Shown here: in pieces, positions 1 through 10,055 of the stretch
Numbering within the stretch: position 1 is the stretch's first letter
Layout: every line of letters begins with the position of its first letter
IMG/VR virus record: IMGVR_UViG_3300013426_000023
Coordinates: 42,064-106,063 of that record
Direction: 5' to 3' (one strand)
Length of the DNA stretch: 64,000 bases
Source of the DNA: a virus
Lineage: Duplodnaviria; Caudoviricetes
Made by a program: the position numbers and the translations under genes
Notes under the pieces: generated by a model
Told to the model about the DNA's origin: nothing
Database searches by the model: none
Seen by the model: only the letters and a program-made list of their open reading frames with translations

Positions 1-463
1 CAAGTATATATTTATACTTATTAAAGAACTTAGAACCTAATATACCATGCAATGTAACGCCTGTTGTTTGTTTTACAATATTAAATGTTTGAGTTAAATT
101 ATTAACAAGAAATTCTTCCTTATAATTCTTTTCATTATAGTATAAAGTGATATATCCTGATTTAGCACTTACAGGATTACCTTCCATACCATATATATTA
201 TGAGGATTGTCTATAGGTTCAAAAGGAATCTTTTTATTAACAACTAAATTTTCATTAATGATACAATTAGTACTTCCTGTATCTAATAAAAAATTAAATT
301 TATTGTTTCCAATATAAAAAGTCACAATAGGCATATCTGTTAATTCAAAAGATTGTCTAAAAGACATAGTATCTTTGTTATGAACATAGGAAGTATAAAA
401 GATATATATTCCACATGACATTAACAAAAGATATAGAAATACTGTTATATATATCCAAATCAT
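1..463 (-). CDS. Membrane-anchored retropepsin-like aspartyl protease (runs off window; not in ORF track)
   Basis: Manual translation from ATG at 463-461: MIWIYITVFLYLLLMSCGIYIF (TM)...KFNFLLDTGSTNCII...HGILGSKFF. It has the DTG catalytic motif and the GILG motif; ATGA overlap with the dUTPase stop. Confidence 0.8.
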   Translation of the reverse strand, partial: MIWIYITVFLYLLLMSCGIYIFYTSYVHNKDTMSFRQSFELTDMPIVTFYIGNNKFNFLLDTGSTNCIINENLVVNKKIPFEPIDNPHNIYGMEGNPVSAKSGYITLYYNEKNYKEEFLVNNLTQTFNIVKQTTGVTLHGILGSKFFNKYKYIL

Positions 464-942
464 CTTACTCCTGTACTACCAAAACCACCTCTATTATTAC
501 CAAGATTATCTACCTTGACAATCTTAACACCATTACTAAATAACCACTTTAATTTCTGCCATATAGTAGCTTTTTGTGACAACTGAATCCTAAACTGACA
601 GATTCTATCTCCTTTGTGAATAGTAGTAGCTTTCAAAGCTTTTGCAGGAAACTTCCATTCATCATTGTTACCTTGATATAACCAATCAATAATACCCTCA
701 GAGTTAATACACATGATGTTAAATTTCTTAGGAGTACTACTTCTTGGCAATACATGAGCTTCAAAACCTTTAGGTAGTTGCATTGCAATTCCAAGTGGAA
801 TATATTTAATCTTTCTTGATTGAACCTCTGTACCTTTGAACTCAACATCCTCAGCAGCTCTAAGGTCAATCCAATCACCTTCCTTGATAATTTCAGGAAG
901 ACTACCTTTCACTAATTCCTTTACTTTAATTTTCATTTTCAT
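460..942 (-). CDS. dut: Trimeric dUTPase
   Basis: Motifs WIDL, PRSS, GIIDxxYxG, GDRICQ, RGGFGSTG. Confidence 0.93.
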   Translation of the reverse strand: MKMKIKVKELVKGSLPEIIKEGDWIDLRAAEDVEFKGTEVQSRKIKYIPLGIAMQLPKGFEAHVLPRSSTPKKFNIMCINSEGIIDWLYQGNNDEWKFPAKALKATTIHKGDRICQFRIQLSQKATIWQKLKWLFSNGVKIVKVDNLGNNRGGFGSTGVR

Positions 943-1465
943 TTAATTGATTTAATTTATTAAACTTATATGTTAAGTCTGTTAAAACTATCTCATTTTT
1001 ATTCATATTTTCGGTTCTAACCATATCTATTTTATAGAATCTTTGATTAGTATTTATATTATTTAATCCTCCCATAGAATTTATGTAAGAACCTACTTTT
1101 ATATAGTCAAGTACTAATAAAGATGTTTTATTAATGGAAGTAATTAAATCTTCACCACTATACCAAGCTCTTTTTATATTAGGATATTTTACCATTATAT
1201 GAGTAAATATCTTATTTAACCATTCATAATCTTGATTTCCTCCTAATATACATATACAAGTGATACCGCTATTATATAATATCAGTCTATCAAGTTCTTC
1301 AATAGTTAAATCAATACCTTTATTTTCCCAAAGATACTTGGAATGACAGTCTTTACAATGTATTTGACATCCAGATATACTAATACACAAAGTAACTTCA
1401 TCAGGTACTTCTGAAAATGTTACTTTACTATCAATATATTTTAAACTATTTATCTTCCACTTCAT
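926..1465 (-). CDS. nrdG: Anaerobic ribonucleotide reductase activating protein (radical SAM)
   Basis: GCQIHCKDCHS CxxxCxxC motif, YIKVGSY...TNQRFY; near nrdD. Confidence 0.9.
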   Translation of the reverse strand: MKWKINSLKYIDSKVTFSEVPDEVTLCISISGCQIHCKDCHSKYLWENKGIDLTIEELDRLILYNSGITCICILGGNQDYEWLNKIFTHIMVKYPNIKRAWYSGEDLITSINKTSLLVLDYIKVGSYINSMGGLNNINTNQRFYKIDMVRTENMNKNEIVLTDLTYKFNKLNQLNENEN

Positions 1466-1838
1466 ACCATGATTTATTTAATTGATGAAAACCATAACTT
1501 ATTAACTCAAGGAAGTTCTTTGTCTCTTCCTCATTAAGGTCAAGGGGTCTATCACCCACATAACCAAAATTATAGCATTCATCCTCTTCATTCCAATCAA
1601 AGGATGCTATTGCATAATTAAATTCTTTGCTTGTAAAGCAGCTCCTATGTATCCTGCACCCTGTGTTCTTTGGGTCACAATAGAACTCATGGTTTAATTT
1701 TACATAGTTCTTTTCCTTGCCAAAGTGTTCATTAGGATAGTACTTAACTATATGCCATGAGACAACAGAAGGCTGCTTACATAAGTAAGTAGCCTTCATT
1801 ATCCCTAAGTTACCAATTCTCTTAGATATTTTTTCCAT
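1446..1838 (-). CDS. Hypothetical protein between nrdD and nrdG
   Basis: ORF; likely start MEKISK at 1838 overlapping the nrdD end. Confidence 0.65.
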   Translation of the reverse strand: MEKISKRIGNLGIMKATYLCKQPSVVSWHIVKYYPNEHFGKEKNYVKLNHEFYCDPKNTGCRIHRSCFTSKEFNYAIASFDWNEEDECYNFGYVGDRPLDLNEEETKNFLELISYGFHQLNKSWYEVEDK

Positions 1839-3972
1839 TACTATAAACTCTTGTTTTTTGTTCTTTCTGTCTACCATCAGACCAATTGGAAATCTTAGTT
1901 AAATACCCAATTACTCTATCCCACAATGATATATTGGTAGAACCACATTTAGGACATTTATTAAATGGTTGTTTTGCTATATAATGACAATCATTACATT
2001 CACAATTAGGAACATTAAATGTAAAGTATTGACATTTGTTATCTGCTGCATATTTAAGTATCTTATCATATTGTAGTTTACTTAGATGTGAATCTAAATT
2101 TATATGACATGCTGCACCGCCATCAAGAAAATCTCCTATGTAATTCTTACCATGTAATCTAATCTTTTCAAAAATTGAAATATCATCGTTTGGCTTAAAT
2201 ATATAACTAGCATAAAGATTAGTATCTTCTGATACTTTATAACCATCTTCTTTATCCCAATTATAGTTCTTAATAGCTAAACTTTCAGCAGGTACACACT
2301 CAGTATTAAATGTACATTTTTTTGTCTTATGAAGTTTATTTTGTTCCTGTATAGTAGAGAAGATAATCTGACAGAATTTCATATAATCTTTATTATCCCT
2401 ACATTCAATTCCAAGGAACTCTGCTGCTTGATTCAAACCATTTATGCCTATTGTAAGATATTGTTTATTCAAGTTTATGAATCCTGCTTTATATACAGGA
2501 AGTAAATTGGAATTATACATATCCCACAATAATTCATTATATGCAGTCTGATACTTATATACTCTGTCAAGAATATTTATAAGATACTCTTGTATATCTT
2601 CATAAGGCATATCATCAATTTTATCATATCCATTACTTCTATAGCAATCTTGAATAATCCTATTGAGATTAAGAGTAATAACAGACTTACTACCTGTTTG
2701 AACTCCCATATTACCATTTGTAAAGTTAAATTCTTTGGTAGTAATCATGTTCTTTAATCTACAACAAGAAGAAAGACTATCTACAGTATCAGAAATATAT
2801 GTAAAGAATGAATGTCCTCTTGCATATTCTTCTGTTACAAAATTAGCAGAATCCTTATCAACAAATTCACCATTCTTATATACTAATGCAAATGATTCAA
2901 CAGGAAAAGTTAATATACATTTAAGTCTTTCAGCATTGAACCATTGCATAAATTCTTTTTGAATCCAACTGAGTGATTCCCAATCTGGTTTAGTACCATC
3001 TGGAAAATAGAAATCACTAAACATTCCCTCAAAGAAAGGTTTATCAAAATAAGAAAAATTTACAAATGCAGATTGTAGTCCTCTTGCAGCAGCTGGTTGA
3101 TTTATTGAATATATAACTTGTTGCCAATATTGATGTATTTGTTTCCTTATTGTTTTTTGTCTTACTGAGAAACTATTAGTTATTGTTTCATCTGGCTTAA
3201 GATAAAATAAAGGTCCCCATTCTTTCTTACAAAAATATGTAAAATAAAGCAAAAATTCTGATGTTGCAACAGCACCTGCAAACATTGCTGATGTAGCAAA
3301 TATAAGATTTATATACATACCACAGAATGAATCCAAATTCTTAGGTGCTGCACTAAGACCTCCTAAATATTTTAATCCATTTATAAGGAATGGATACATT
3401 GTTATACTACAACAATATGGAGCTACAGCACCTGCAAATGAACTTTCATCATGCTTATATATGATATGATGTTCTAAGTCTCTTATATATTGTTTACTAT
3501 CAAAATTTGGATATAATTCCCTTAATTTATCAGTAATCATTCTTCTTGATATTTGAATGTTATCTTCTTTATGAATCTCAGCATTCAATACACCAATATT
3601 CTTACTACTTACATTACTATTATCATCAACTGTTGCATTTGCAGTATTATTCGATTTTTTGTACTTATTGATGAAATTTTCTTTTCTTTTTGTCCATTCC
3701 CTAAGATTCTTATGTTTCTCTCTATATAGTATATAAGAATTAGCAATAATAGGATAATTACCCATAAGATAGTACTCAACAGCATCTTGAACATTTTCTG
3801 TTGTAAATTCATCAAACTTTAGACTATTTGCAAAGTCCTTAAATTCTTGTTCATTGAATTTATCTTCCTCCTTACAGGAAACAAAGGTTTTTCTAACAGC
3901 ATTTACTATCTTGTTAGAATTAAATTCTACAGTATCTCCATTTCTTTTTCTTATTACATAATTTAAAGACAT
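1822..3972 (-). CDS. nrdD: Class III anaerobic ribonucleoside-triphosphate reductase with ATP cone
   Basis: N-terminal ATP cone (KRNG...FNSNKI), SSCCRL, C-terminal CxxC/CxxC and RVIGYL glycyl-radical motif. Confidence 0.95.
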   Translation of the reverse strand: MSLNYVIRKRNGDTVEFNSNKIVNAVRKTFVSCKEEDKFNEQEFKDFANSLKFDEFTTENVQDAVEYYLMGNYPIIANSYILYREKHKNLREWTKRKENFINKYKKSNNTANATVDDNSNVSSKNIGVLNAEIHKEDNIQISRRMITDKLRELYPNFDSKQYIRDLEHHIIYKHDESSFAGAVAPYCCSITMYPFLINGLKYLGGLSAAPKNLDSFCGMYINLIFATSAMFAGAVATSEFLLYFTYFCKKEWGPLFYLKPDETITNSFSVRQKTIRKQIHQYWQQVIYSINQPAAARGLQSAFVNFSYFDKPFFEGMFSDFYFPDGTKPDWESLSWIQKEFMQWFNAERLKCILTFPVESFALVYKNGEFVDKDSANFVTEEYARGHSFFTYISDTVDSLSSCCRLKNMITTKEFNFTNGNMGVQTGSKSVITLNLNRIIQDCYRSNGYDKIDDMPYEDIQEYLINILDRVYKYQTAYNELLWDMYNSNLLPVYKAGFINLNKQYLTIGINGLNQAAEFLGIECRDNKDYMKFCQIIFSTIQEQNKLHKTKKCTFNTECVPAESLAIKNYNWDKEDGYKVSEDTNLYASYIFKPNDDISIFEKIRLHGKNYIGDFLDGGAACHINLDSHLSKLQYDKILKYAADNKCQYFTFNVPNCECNDCHYIAKQPFNKCPKCGSTNISLWDRVIGYLTKISNWSDGRQKEQKTRVYSNGKNI

Positions 3973-3991
3973 TATTTATATTATTTAAAAG

Positions 3992-5038
3992 TTATAAGTT
4001 TCTGTTTATCCAATCAACTACATCGTTTGAACCTTCAATATTAATTCCATTAGGTACTTTTGCTCCTATAGAGAGATAATAGTTAAGCTCTTTACCTATC
4101 TCCCATGGTGCTCTTAGTTCAATTTGTTTATTCTTACCAAGATATAAAGTACCTTCTGCTTTTGTATATGGGAAATCCCATACCAGAGGTATCATATTTG
4201 ATTTTGATATTACTATATCTTTATAATTAAGAATCTCAAAGTCTTTGAAATAATCATCTTTCTCTATTACTCTTTTAAGTACTTGATAATATAATCTACA
4301 TTGATAAGAATACCCCCATTCTATGAATGATTTATAGAAGTTATATGAAGGTTTATATGATGTTTTTACATCAATAGGTTGTATAGTTTTATTTTTATAA
4401 TCTACTCTAATTACATCAAACATTACTACATAACCTACATTATCAATATTAGCTTTAAACTTCAATTGATATAAGTTTTCACAATCCTCAAATGGATTAT
4501 TAGGTTTAAACCAAAGTTTTGTTTGAGGGCTATTAATAAGTGCATCTGCCATCTCATGTGCAGTATTATTAAGTTCTGTACTAATAATTTGTTTATCTTT
4601 TGCAAGATATAATAAATTATAGTAATCTGATGCTTTTTCTCTTATTACTTTAGCTCTTGTTTCTGGTTTCCAATTTAGCTGATATTTATTTACTTCTGTT
4701 TCATTAATAATAAGATTATCTGGTATCTTGTGAATACTATCATATACATCATTATACTGATTAAATAATGATTTTACTATTGTCTCTATAGTAGATGTAA
4801 TAGGTGGAAACTCTGCTACAAGATATCTTCTCTCATATTCTTCTGGTGGGTCTGTTGTTAAGCAATCCACTAATGAACCTAACAATAAAGAAGGACTTTC
4901 AACTTTATCAAATAATGTATCTAAATGTTCAAATCCTTCTTTTGCAAACCTTGATATTGTACTATAATGAAGTTCCTTACTATTTCTATAAGTTTCTTCA
5001 TCCCAGTTTAATGCTAATTCTTTAAGACTCTTCTGCAT
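3992..5038 (-). CDS. PD-(D/E)xK-family exonuclease-like protein
   Basis: FDVIRVD...PIDVKTS...YSYQCRLY motifs; YSTIS and GSLVD N-terminal motifs. Confidence 0.7.
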   Translation of the reverse strand: MQKSLKELALNWDEETYRNSKELHYSTISRFAKEGFEHLDTLFDKVESPSLLLGSLVDCLTTDPPEEYERRYLVAEFPPITSTIETIVKSLFNQYNDVYDSIHKIPDNLIINETEVNKYQLNWKPETRAKVIREKASDYYNLLYLAKDKQIISTELNNTAHEMADALINSPQTKLWFKPNNPFEDCENLYQLKFKANIDNVGYVVMFDVIRVDYKNKTIQPIDVKTSYKPSYNFYKSFIEWGYSYQCRLYYQVLKRVIEKDDYFKDFEILNYKDIVISKSNMIPLVWDFPYTKAEGTLYLGKNKQIELRAPWEIGKELNYYLSIGAKVPNGINIEGSNDVVDWINRNL

Positions 5039-5534
5039 ATTTCTTAAATATTTCTATAGCTTGTAATAATTGTTTCTTACTATATATCTCAAAGTAAATA
5101 CTTCTTTGTCCTGTATTATTATATATATCATCAAGATATTGTCTAAATAACTTTTTCTTAAAATAGAAACAGTCATTTTCCATACCCTTAGCTTCAATCC
5201 AAACATCTAAATTTTTATATTTTAAATAGAAATCTGGAGTATAAGTTATTGGTAATATCTTATCTGATTTTAATGTAAGTAATTTAGGACTTGGTTTACC
5301 TAATAATTTTACTCTTTTTTTATGTTGAGAATCAGTTTCTTTATCATAAAAAGGAGTATTACTATTATGAAAATCTATAAGATGTATTTTGTGAGGCTCA
5401 TATTGAGGCTTAAATCCCTGCTCAAGAAGTGTATTGTAGCACATCTTCTCAAGCATGGATTTGAAAGTAATATTCTTAGTCTTGACAATAGTTGCATTTC
5501 TAATTTTTTTATTAATCTTTTTGCTTTGTATCAT
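5022..5534 (-). CDS. PD-(D/E)xK endonuclease (endonuclease I / resolvase-like)
   Basis: FKSMLE...YTPDF...WIEAKG; probable start MIQSKK. Confidence 0.75.
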   Translation of the reverse strand: MIQSKKINKKIRNATIVKTKNITFKSMLEKMCYNTLLEQGFKPQYEPHKIHLIDFHNSNTPFYDKETDSQHKKRVKLLGKPSPKLLTLKSDKILPITYTPDFYLKYKNLDVWIEAKGMENDCFYFKKKLFRQYLDDIYNNTGQRSIYFEIYSKKQLLQAIEIFKKYAEES

Positions 5535-5841
5535 CAAGTAATGTTTTAAGAATTGTTTTAGCAATTATATTCATGTCAGAATTATCATCAACATTAATAA
5601 TCTTTACATTCATTCCGTTAATCTTTTTTGAATAAATCTTAAAATTATTCTTCTTTTTCTTCTTTTCTACAGGAACATCCTTTACATCAAGTGCATTTCT
5701 TTTCAACAAATCCTCAATAGTACCTTTATCAACTACACTATTTGATTGCCACTTCTTACCATCTTCTGTTTTAATGATAGTTACAAATTCATTTCCTAAC
5801 TTAACTTCTGAGTTAGTTCCTTTAATAAAATACTTCTTCAT
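5512..5841 (-). CDS. Hypothetical protein
   Basis: ORF coupled to both neighbours. Confidence 0.65.
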   Translation of the reverse strand: MKKYFIKGTNSEVKLGNEFVTIIKTEDGKKWQSNSVVDKGTIEDLLKRNALDVKDVPVEKKKKKNNFKIYSKKINGMNVKIINVDDNSDMNIIAKTILKTLLDDTKQKD

Positions 5842-6487
5842 ACCAATTAATTTTGTTATTTAAATGTTTATTAATTTCATCCCACAAACTATGTCTTAAC
5901 TTCTGTGAAGTTCTTGCATAGTAAGAAGGATGCTTTTCTTTTATTATATAGTTATGTTTGTATATATATGGTGAGAAAGTCTGTGCAATCTCACCAAATA
6001 ATACATAAACACAAGCTGTCATATATCTAGATGTATTATAAATTACATTAGATATGAAATTTCTCCACACATTTACATGAGACATAGGATTTCCTGCTGT
6101 GCAAGTTAATGCAGAATTCAACATAAGTACCCCTTGTTTCTCCCACTCTTGAAATGAGGGGTCAAAGATAATACTATTATGTGGAATTTCATAATCAATA
6201 ACTGATTCCTTTATTACTTGTAATGATGGAGATAGATTCTCCTCAAGTGTATTACTATCATTACCAAAAGCAATTCCAGTAGCTTTCCCTAATTGTGGAT
6301 ATGGTGATAATCCTAATATAACTACTTTTAACTCATTCAATTCACAACGATGAAAGCAATTGAATATATCATTATAAGCAGGACAAAGTAACTTATTGCC
6401 AGAAATAGAAGGATTACAAATGCTTTTGTAGAGTTCATTTTTATCTATTATTTTTGACCAATTACCAAAATATTCTTCAAATGTCAT
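5822..6487 (-). CDS. ung: Family 1 uracil-DNA glycosylase homologue with atypical motif A
   Basis: VVILGLSPYP...ATGIAF, SPSL, QGVLMLNSALT, KHPS. Confidence 0.88.
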   Translation of the reverse strand: MTFEEYFGNWSKIIDKNELYKSICNPSISGNKLLCPAYNDIFNCFHRCELNELKVVILGLSPYPQLGKATGIAFGNDSNTLEENLSPSLQVIKESVIDYEIPHNSIIFDPSFQEWEKQGVLMLNSALTCTAGNPMSHVNVWRNFISNVIYNTSRYMTACVYVLFGEIAQTFSPYIYKHNYIIKEKHPSYYARTSQKLRHSLWDEINKHLNNKINWYEEVFY

Positions 6488-7470
6488 TTAACAACTCTAT
6501 TTTGTATTTGTTTTAATGCCATGTCGAGAAGTTTATTTGTGATTTGTTCTTTCACACAACTATCTGGTAATTTAATCTTATAAGGACTATCTTCCTCTGT
6601 ACCCATAAGCCCCTCATAAATCACTTTAGGAACATATTCACATTGGAATCCAGTTTTTACATCATAAGGAATACAATTACCTTCATTATCATATTTTGCA
6701 AAATCAATAGGTAAATAAGCACAAGACCTTAATTTACCATATTCATTATTATTTCCAAATTCACTTACTTCTCCAGGCACTGCTACTACATCAGCAGGAT
6801 TTATCAAACATACAATACCAACACTGCCAAAATAATCTTTTTTTATCCAAGAACAACCTGCACTGTGTAATCCTCTACTACAAGTAACATTACTATTTGA
6901 ATCACATTTTTCTCTTGGCATTGTTACCATTTCACCAATCTTAATACTAAATTTATGACTATGAGCATCAGTAAATATAGTATCTTTTGTTATTGTACTA
7001 TTTTTATCTTTTTTATCTACATTTCTATAAGTAATAAAAAATCCACTTCTCTCAATCTTTAAATCATGTTTAATAAGAAATGTATATAGTTTATTTCTAC
7101 ACAATTCATCAGTATTTAAACACAATAATGTCCAAAAATTCTTTAAAGTTTCAAGAAGAATTTCATTATTATCATTTTCAGCTTTAATAATCATTTTAGC
7201 TAAATCCTTTGGAACAGATAGTGTACTTACTTCTTTCCAATAAGCACAATCATCTTCAAAAGTAAGGATTGAACTTTCTTTTAGCTCATTTATAAGCTCT
7301 TTATTAGAAGCTAATTCTTTACTTTTGTCATCAATTAATAAAAGAACTTCTTCATCAGTCTTACATTTTCTAATTTTCTGATAAAGTTCTTCATTTACTT
7401 CTTTTGTAATGGTGCTACCATTACTTAGGGTCACTATACATTGATTCCCCAGCTTTAAAGTTTTTACCAT
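6484..7470 (-). CDS. rIIB-like protein
   Basis: GFFITYRNV, DAHS, MPREKCDSNSNVTCSRGLH, INPADVVAVP, KLRSCAY; follows the rIIA-like gene. Confidence 0.85.
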   Translation of the reverse strand: MVKTLKLGNQCIVTLSNGSTITKEVNEELYQKIRKCKTDEEVLLLIDDKSKELASNKELINELKESSILTFEDDCAYWKEVSTLSVPKDLAKMIIKAENDNNEILLETLKNFWTLLCLNTDELCRNKLYTFLIKHDLKIERSGFFITYRNVDKKDKNSTITKDTIFTDAHSHKFSIKIGEMVTMPREKCDSNSNVTCSRGLHSAGCSWIKKDYFGSVGIVCLINPADVVAVPGEVSEFGNNNEYGKLRSCAYLPIDFAKYDNEGNCIPYDVKTGFQCEYVPKVIYEGLMGTEEDSPYKIKLPDSCVKEQITNKLLDMALKQIQNRVVK

Positions 7471-9691
7471 AGTCAACAAAATATTTAATTATTTTATTAT
7501 TTTGTAATTTTATAAAACATTCATTATTTATGTTTTTCTTAAATATATATAATAAGACAAATGATATTATATCATTATATAAAGTATAATTATAACAGGA
7601 TAAATTCTCTGAAATATTATCTTTAATATATTTATCCGCTTTTAAATATAAATTATATAATTCTAAAATTTTATTTTTTATTTTTTCAGATTCTGCATTC
7701 GTTGAATATCCTTTTAAATCTAAATTATCTAAATTCTTTAGTATTCCAAAACATCTTCTAATTTCAGATGTATCAATAGAACCTATATCAAATATATATT
7801 TTACTCTATTAAATACACTATCAGGTAAATCTTTATAAGATACTAAACTACCTATAAGGTTATTCTTAGAATTAAGATAATCAAGTTCAGTTATTATATG
7901 ATTTTTATATTGGCTATTCAATAATTTCTTATACATTGTATTATTTATTAAATAATACTCAATATCATCATTTTTAGCTAATTGAAGCACTAAATTAGAA
8001 CTGCCATTACCATATTCTCCAAGTATTATTTTATGTTTATTTACAAAAAAATTATCTAAATCTTGAACTTCTTTTTTCTCTCTATAATCATTATAATATA
8101 CTTTATAAAATATTAAAATATTATTTATAAACTTATTTTGTTTTATTTCATCTTTCTTATCTTGTATATATTTTTGAATTTTCTTATCATTATAATCAAG
8201 TTCTATCTTAGGAATTGAATTTAAGTCATTAAATATGTTTATACACATTGAATCCTTAACAGATTGTGGTATTTTATTATAAGTTATACTATCATATATA
8301 GTATATAGTTTGTGATAAAAAGTTTGTAAAGTATTTAAATCGCTATCTTTAAATATATATATCTGTTTATCACAAAACCTTTCTTTTATATAATTTTTTA
8401 AATAATTTGTTAATTTGGAAGTATTTTTTAATTTCAAAAATACTGTATTTGATTTTAAGCTTAATATGTTGTTACCTGTTCTTGAACTATGATTTTTAAT
8501 ATATATAGCAGATATAGAAAACAAATCCTTAAAATATGTATAATATACTTTATTTAATAAATAATTTTTGATAAAATCTGTAACAAGAACGTTATTATAA
8601 TAATATTTTAAATTAAAACTTACTGAATTATTACTTTCTGCTGATATATCTAAATTAAATATATTTATAAAACATGTTTTATATAATTTATTTTTTAATT
8701 CCCATAAATTAGTACAATGTTTATATTTTTCTACAACAGGTTTAATATTTGTATTAAGTTCTTTTAAAGCTTCTCCTATTCTATTATTTATATTACTGAT
8801 AGTTTCATTTGTATATTGTATAGCTTCTCTATTAGGTGTTACATTTAATTCTCCTATATTGAATTTAAATACAAAACCTGTTGTACTTAATTTATTTATT
8901 TCATTTATATATTTATTATTAACAATCTTAAGATTTAATGGATATAATACATTTCCAAGTAATATTTTATTTGATACAGATGTATTAAGAACTTTATAAT
9001 AAATATATTCTTTTATTTTATATTCATTAAAATCTTTTATACAAAAATTAATATATTTATATTTATCATGATAATTTTCATTAGATTCGCTTATGTATTT
9101 AGCAAATACATTTGGAAAAAACTTAATGTAATCTAAAGCTTTTATGTATTTACCAATGTTAGTATCATTAAAATTAACAGATACTTCTAAACCGTTTCTA
9201 TCATTTGTATCAGTAGTATTAACTAAGTTAGTAATAATATCATTATTATCTTTAGTCATGATATAAGTATACTTCTTACCATTATGATAATTAACGATAG
9301 TAGCCATATTAGATACTGCCATAGGAGTAAGATGTCCTAATCCCCACATACCAATATAATCATTACTATTCCTTTTTGATGATGCTCCAATATTACAATA
9401 TAAGTTTTGAAATTCTTGCTCTGTCAAACCTGTACCATAATCTCTTATAGTTATAGTTTTATTACTACCATTAAATAAAATAATTACAGGTTCATTTGTA
9501 TTACCTGCTGCAACATGTGCATCCCAAGCATTTGAAACAATTTCTCTTATAAATGATTCTTCTGGCATTGAATAGAAGTTAGTACTTAAAATACTTGTAA
9601 TAAAACTAATATTTTCTGCTTGTATTGTTGCTTTGTAGGATTTCATTTCACCTGTTTTCTCAATGACAGATTCTAATTGTTTATATATCAT
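7421..9691 (-). CDS. rIIA-like protein (N-terminal GHKL/HSP90-type ATPase)
   Basis: REIVSNAWDAH, IRDYGTGL, SSKRNSNDYIGMWGLG, TPNREAIQY. Confidence 0.88.
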   Translation of the reverse strand: MIYKQLESVIEKTGEMKSYKATIQAENISFITSILSTNFYSMPEESFIREIVSNAWDAHVAAGNTNEPVIILFNGSNKTITIRDYGTGLTEQEFQNLYCNIGASSKRNSNDYIGMWGLGHLTPMAVSNMATIVNYHNGKKYTYIMTKDNNDIITNLVNTTDTNDRNGLEVSVNFNDTNIGKYIKALDYIKFFPNVFAKYISESNENYHDKYKYINFCIKDFNEYKIKEYIYYKVLNTSVSNKILLGNVLYPLNLKIVNNKYINEINKLSTTGFVFKFNIGELNVTPNREAIQYTNETISNINNRIGEALKELNTNIKPVVEKYKHCTNLWELKNKLYKTCFINIFNLDISAESNNSVSFNLKYYYNNVLVTDFIKNYLLNKVYYTYFKDLFSISAIYIKNHSSRTGNNILSLKSNTVFLKLKNTSKLTNYLKNYIKERFCDKQIYIFKDSDLNTLQTFYHKLYTIYDSITYNKIPQSVKDSMCINIFNDLNSIPKIELDYNDKKIQKYIQDKKDEIKQNKFINNILIFYKVYYNDYREKKEVQDLDNFFVNKHKIILGEYGNGSSNLVLQLAKNDDIEYYLINNTMYKKLLNSQYKNHIITELDYLNSKNNLIGSLVSYKDLPDSVFNRVKYIFDIGSIDTSEIRRCFGILKNLDNLDLKGYSTNAESEKIKNKILELYNLYLKADKYIKDNISENLSCYNYTLYNDIISFVLLYIFKKNINNECFIKLQNNKIIKYFVDYGKNFKAGESMYSDPK

Positions 9692-9723
9692 GTTATTTAT
9701 TTTTAATATTCAAACAATATAAA

Positions 9724-9747
9724 TAAAAAAGGGAGGTTTTACCTCCC
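9724..9747 (-). terminator. Intrinsic terminator
   Basis: Minus strand GGGAGG-TAAAA-CCTCCC followed by T6. Confidence 0.8.
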
Positions 9748-9762
9748 AAATTTTATAATATT

Positions 9763-10032
9763 TTAAAGTAGTTCACTATACTCAGAATCAAGTAATATCC
9801 TCTTTTTATGAAGAATCTCTACTAATTTCTGAAATGGTGATTTTTTTACATTAGAAATGTTATGTTCTTTTGACTTTTGCACAACATTATCAACTTTTTT
9901 AGCTGTATTAGCTAAAATTATTTTCTCAAGTTTATCTGTTGATACCTGTGTAAAGTTTCTACCATAGAGTTTCTTTATTTTATCTTGAAGGTTAAGTCTC
10001 TTAATACCTTCATAAGCTTCTTTTCTATTCAT
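9763..10032 (-). CDS. Hypothetical protein
   Basis: 89-aa ORF in operon. Confidence 0.7.
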   Translation of the reverse strand: MNRKEAYEGIKRLNLQDKIKKLYGRNFTQVSTDKLEKIILANTAKKVDNVVQKSKEHNISNVKKSPFQKLVEILHKKRILLDSEYSELL

Positions 10033-10055
10033 AAATTTAATAGTTTAATTGTGAA

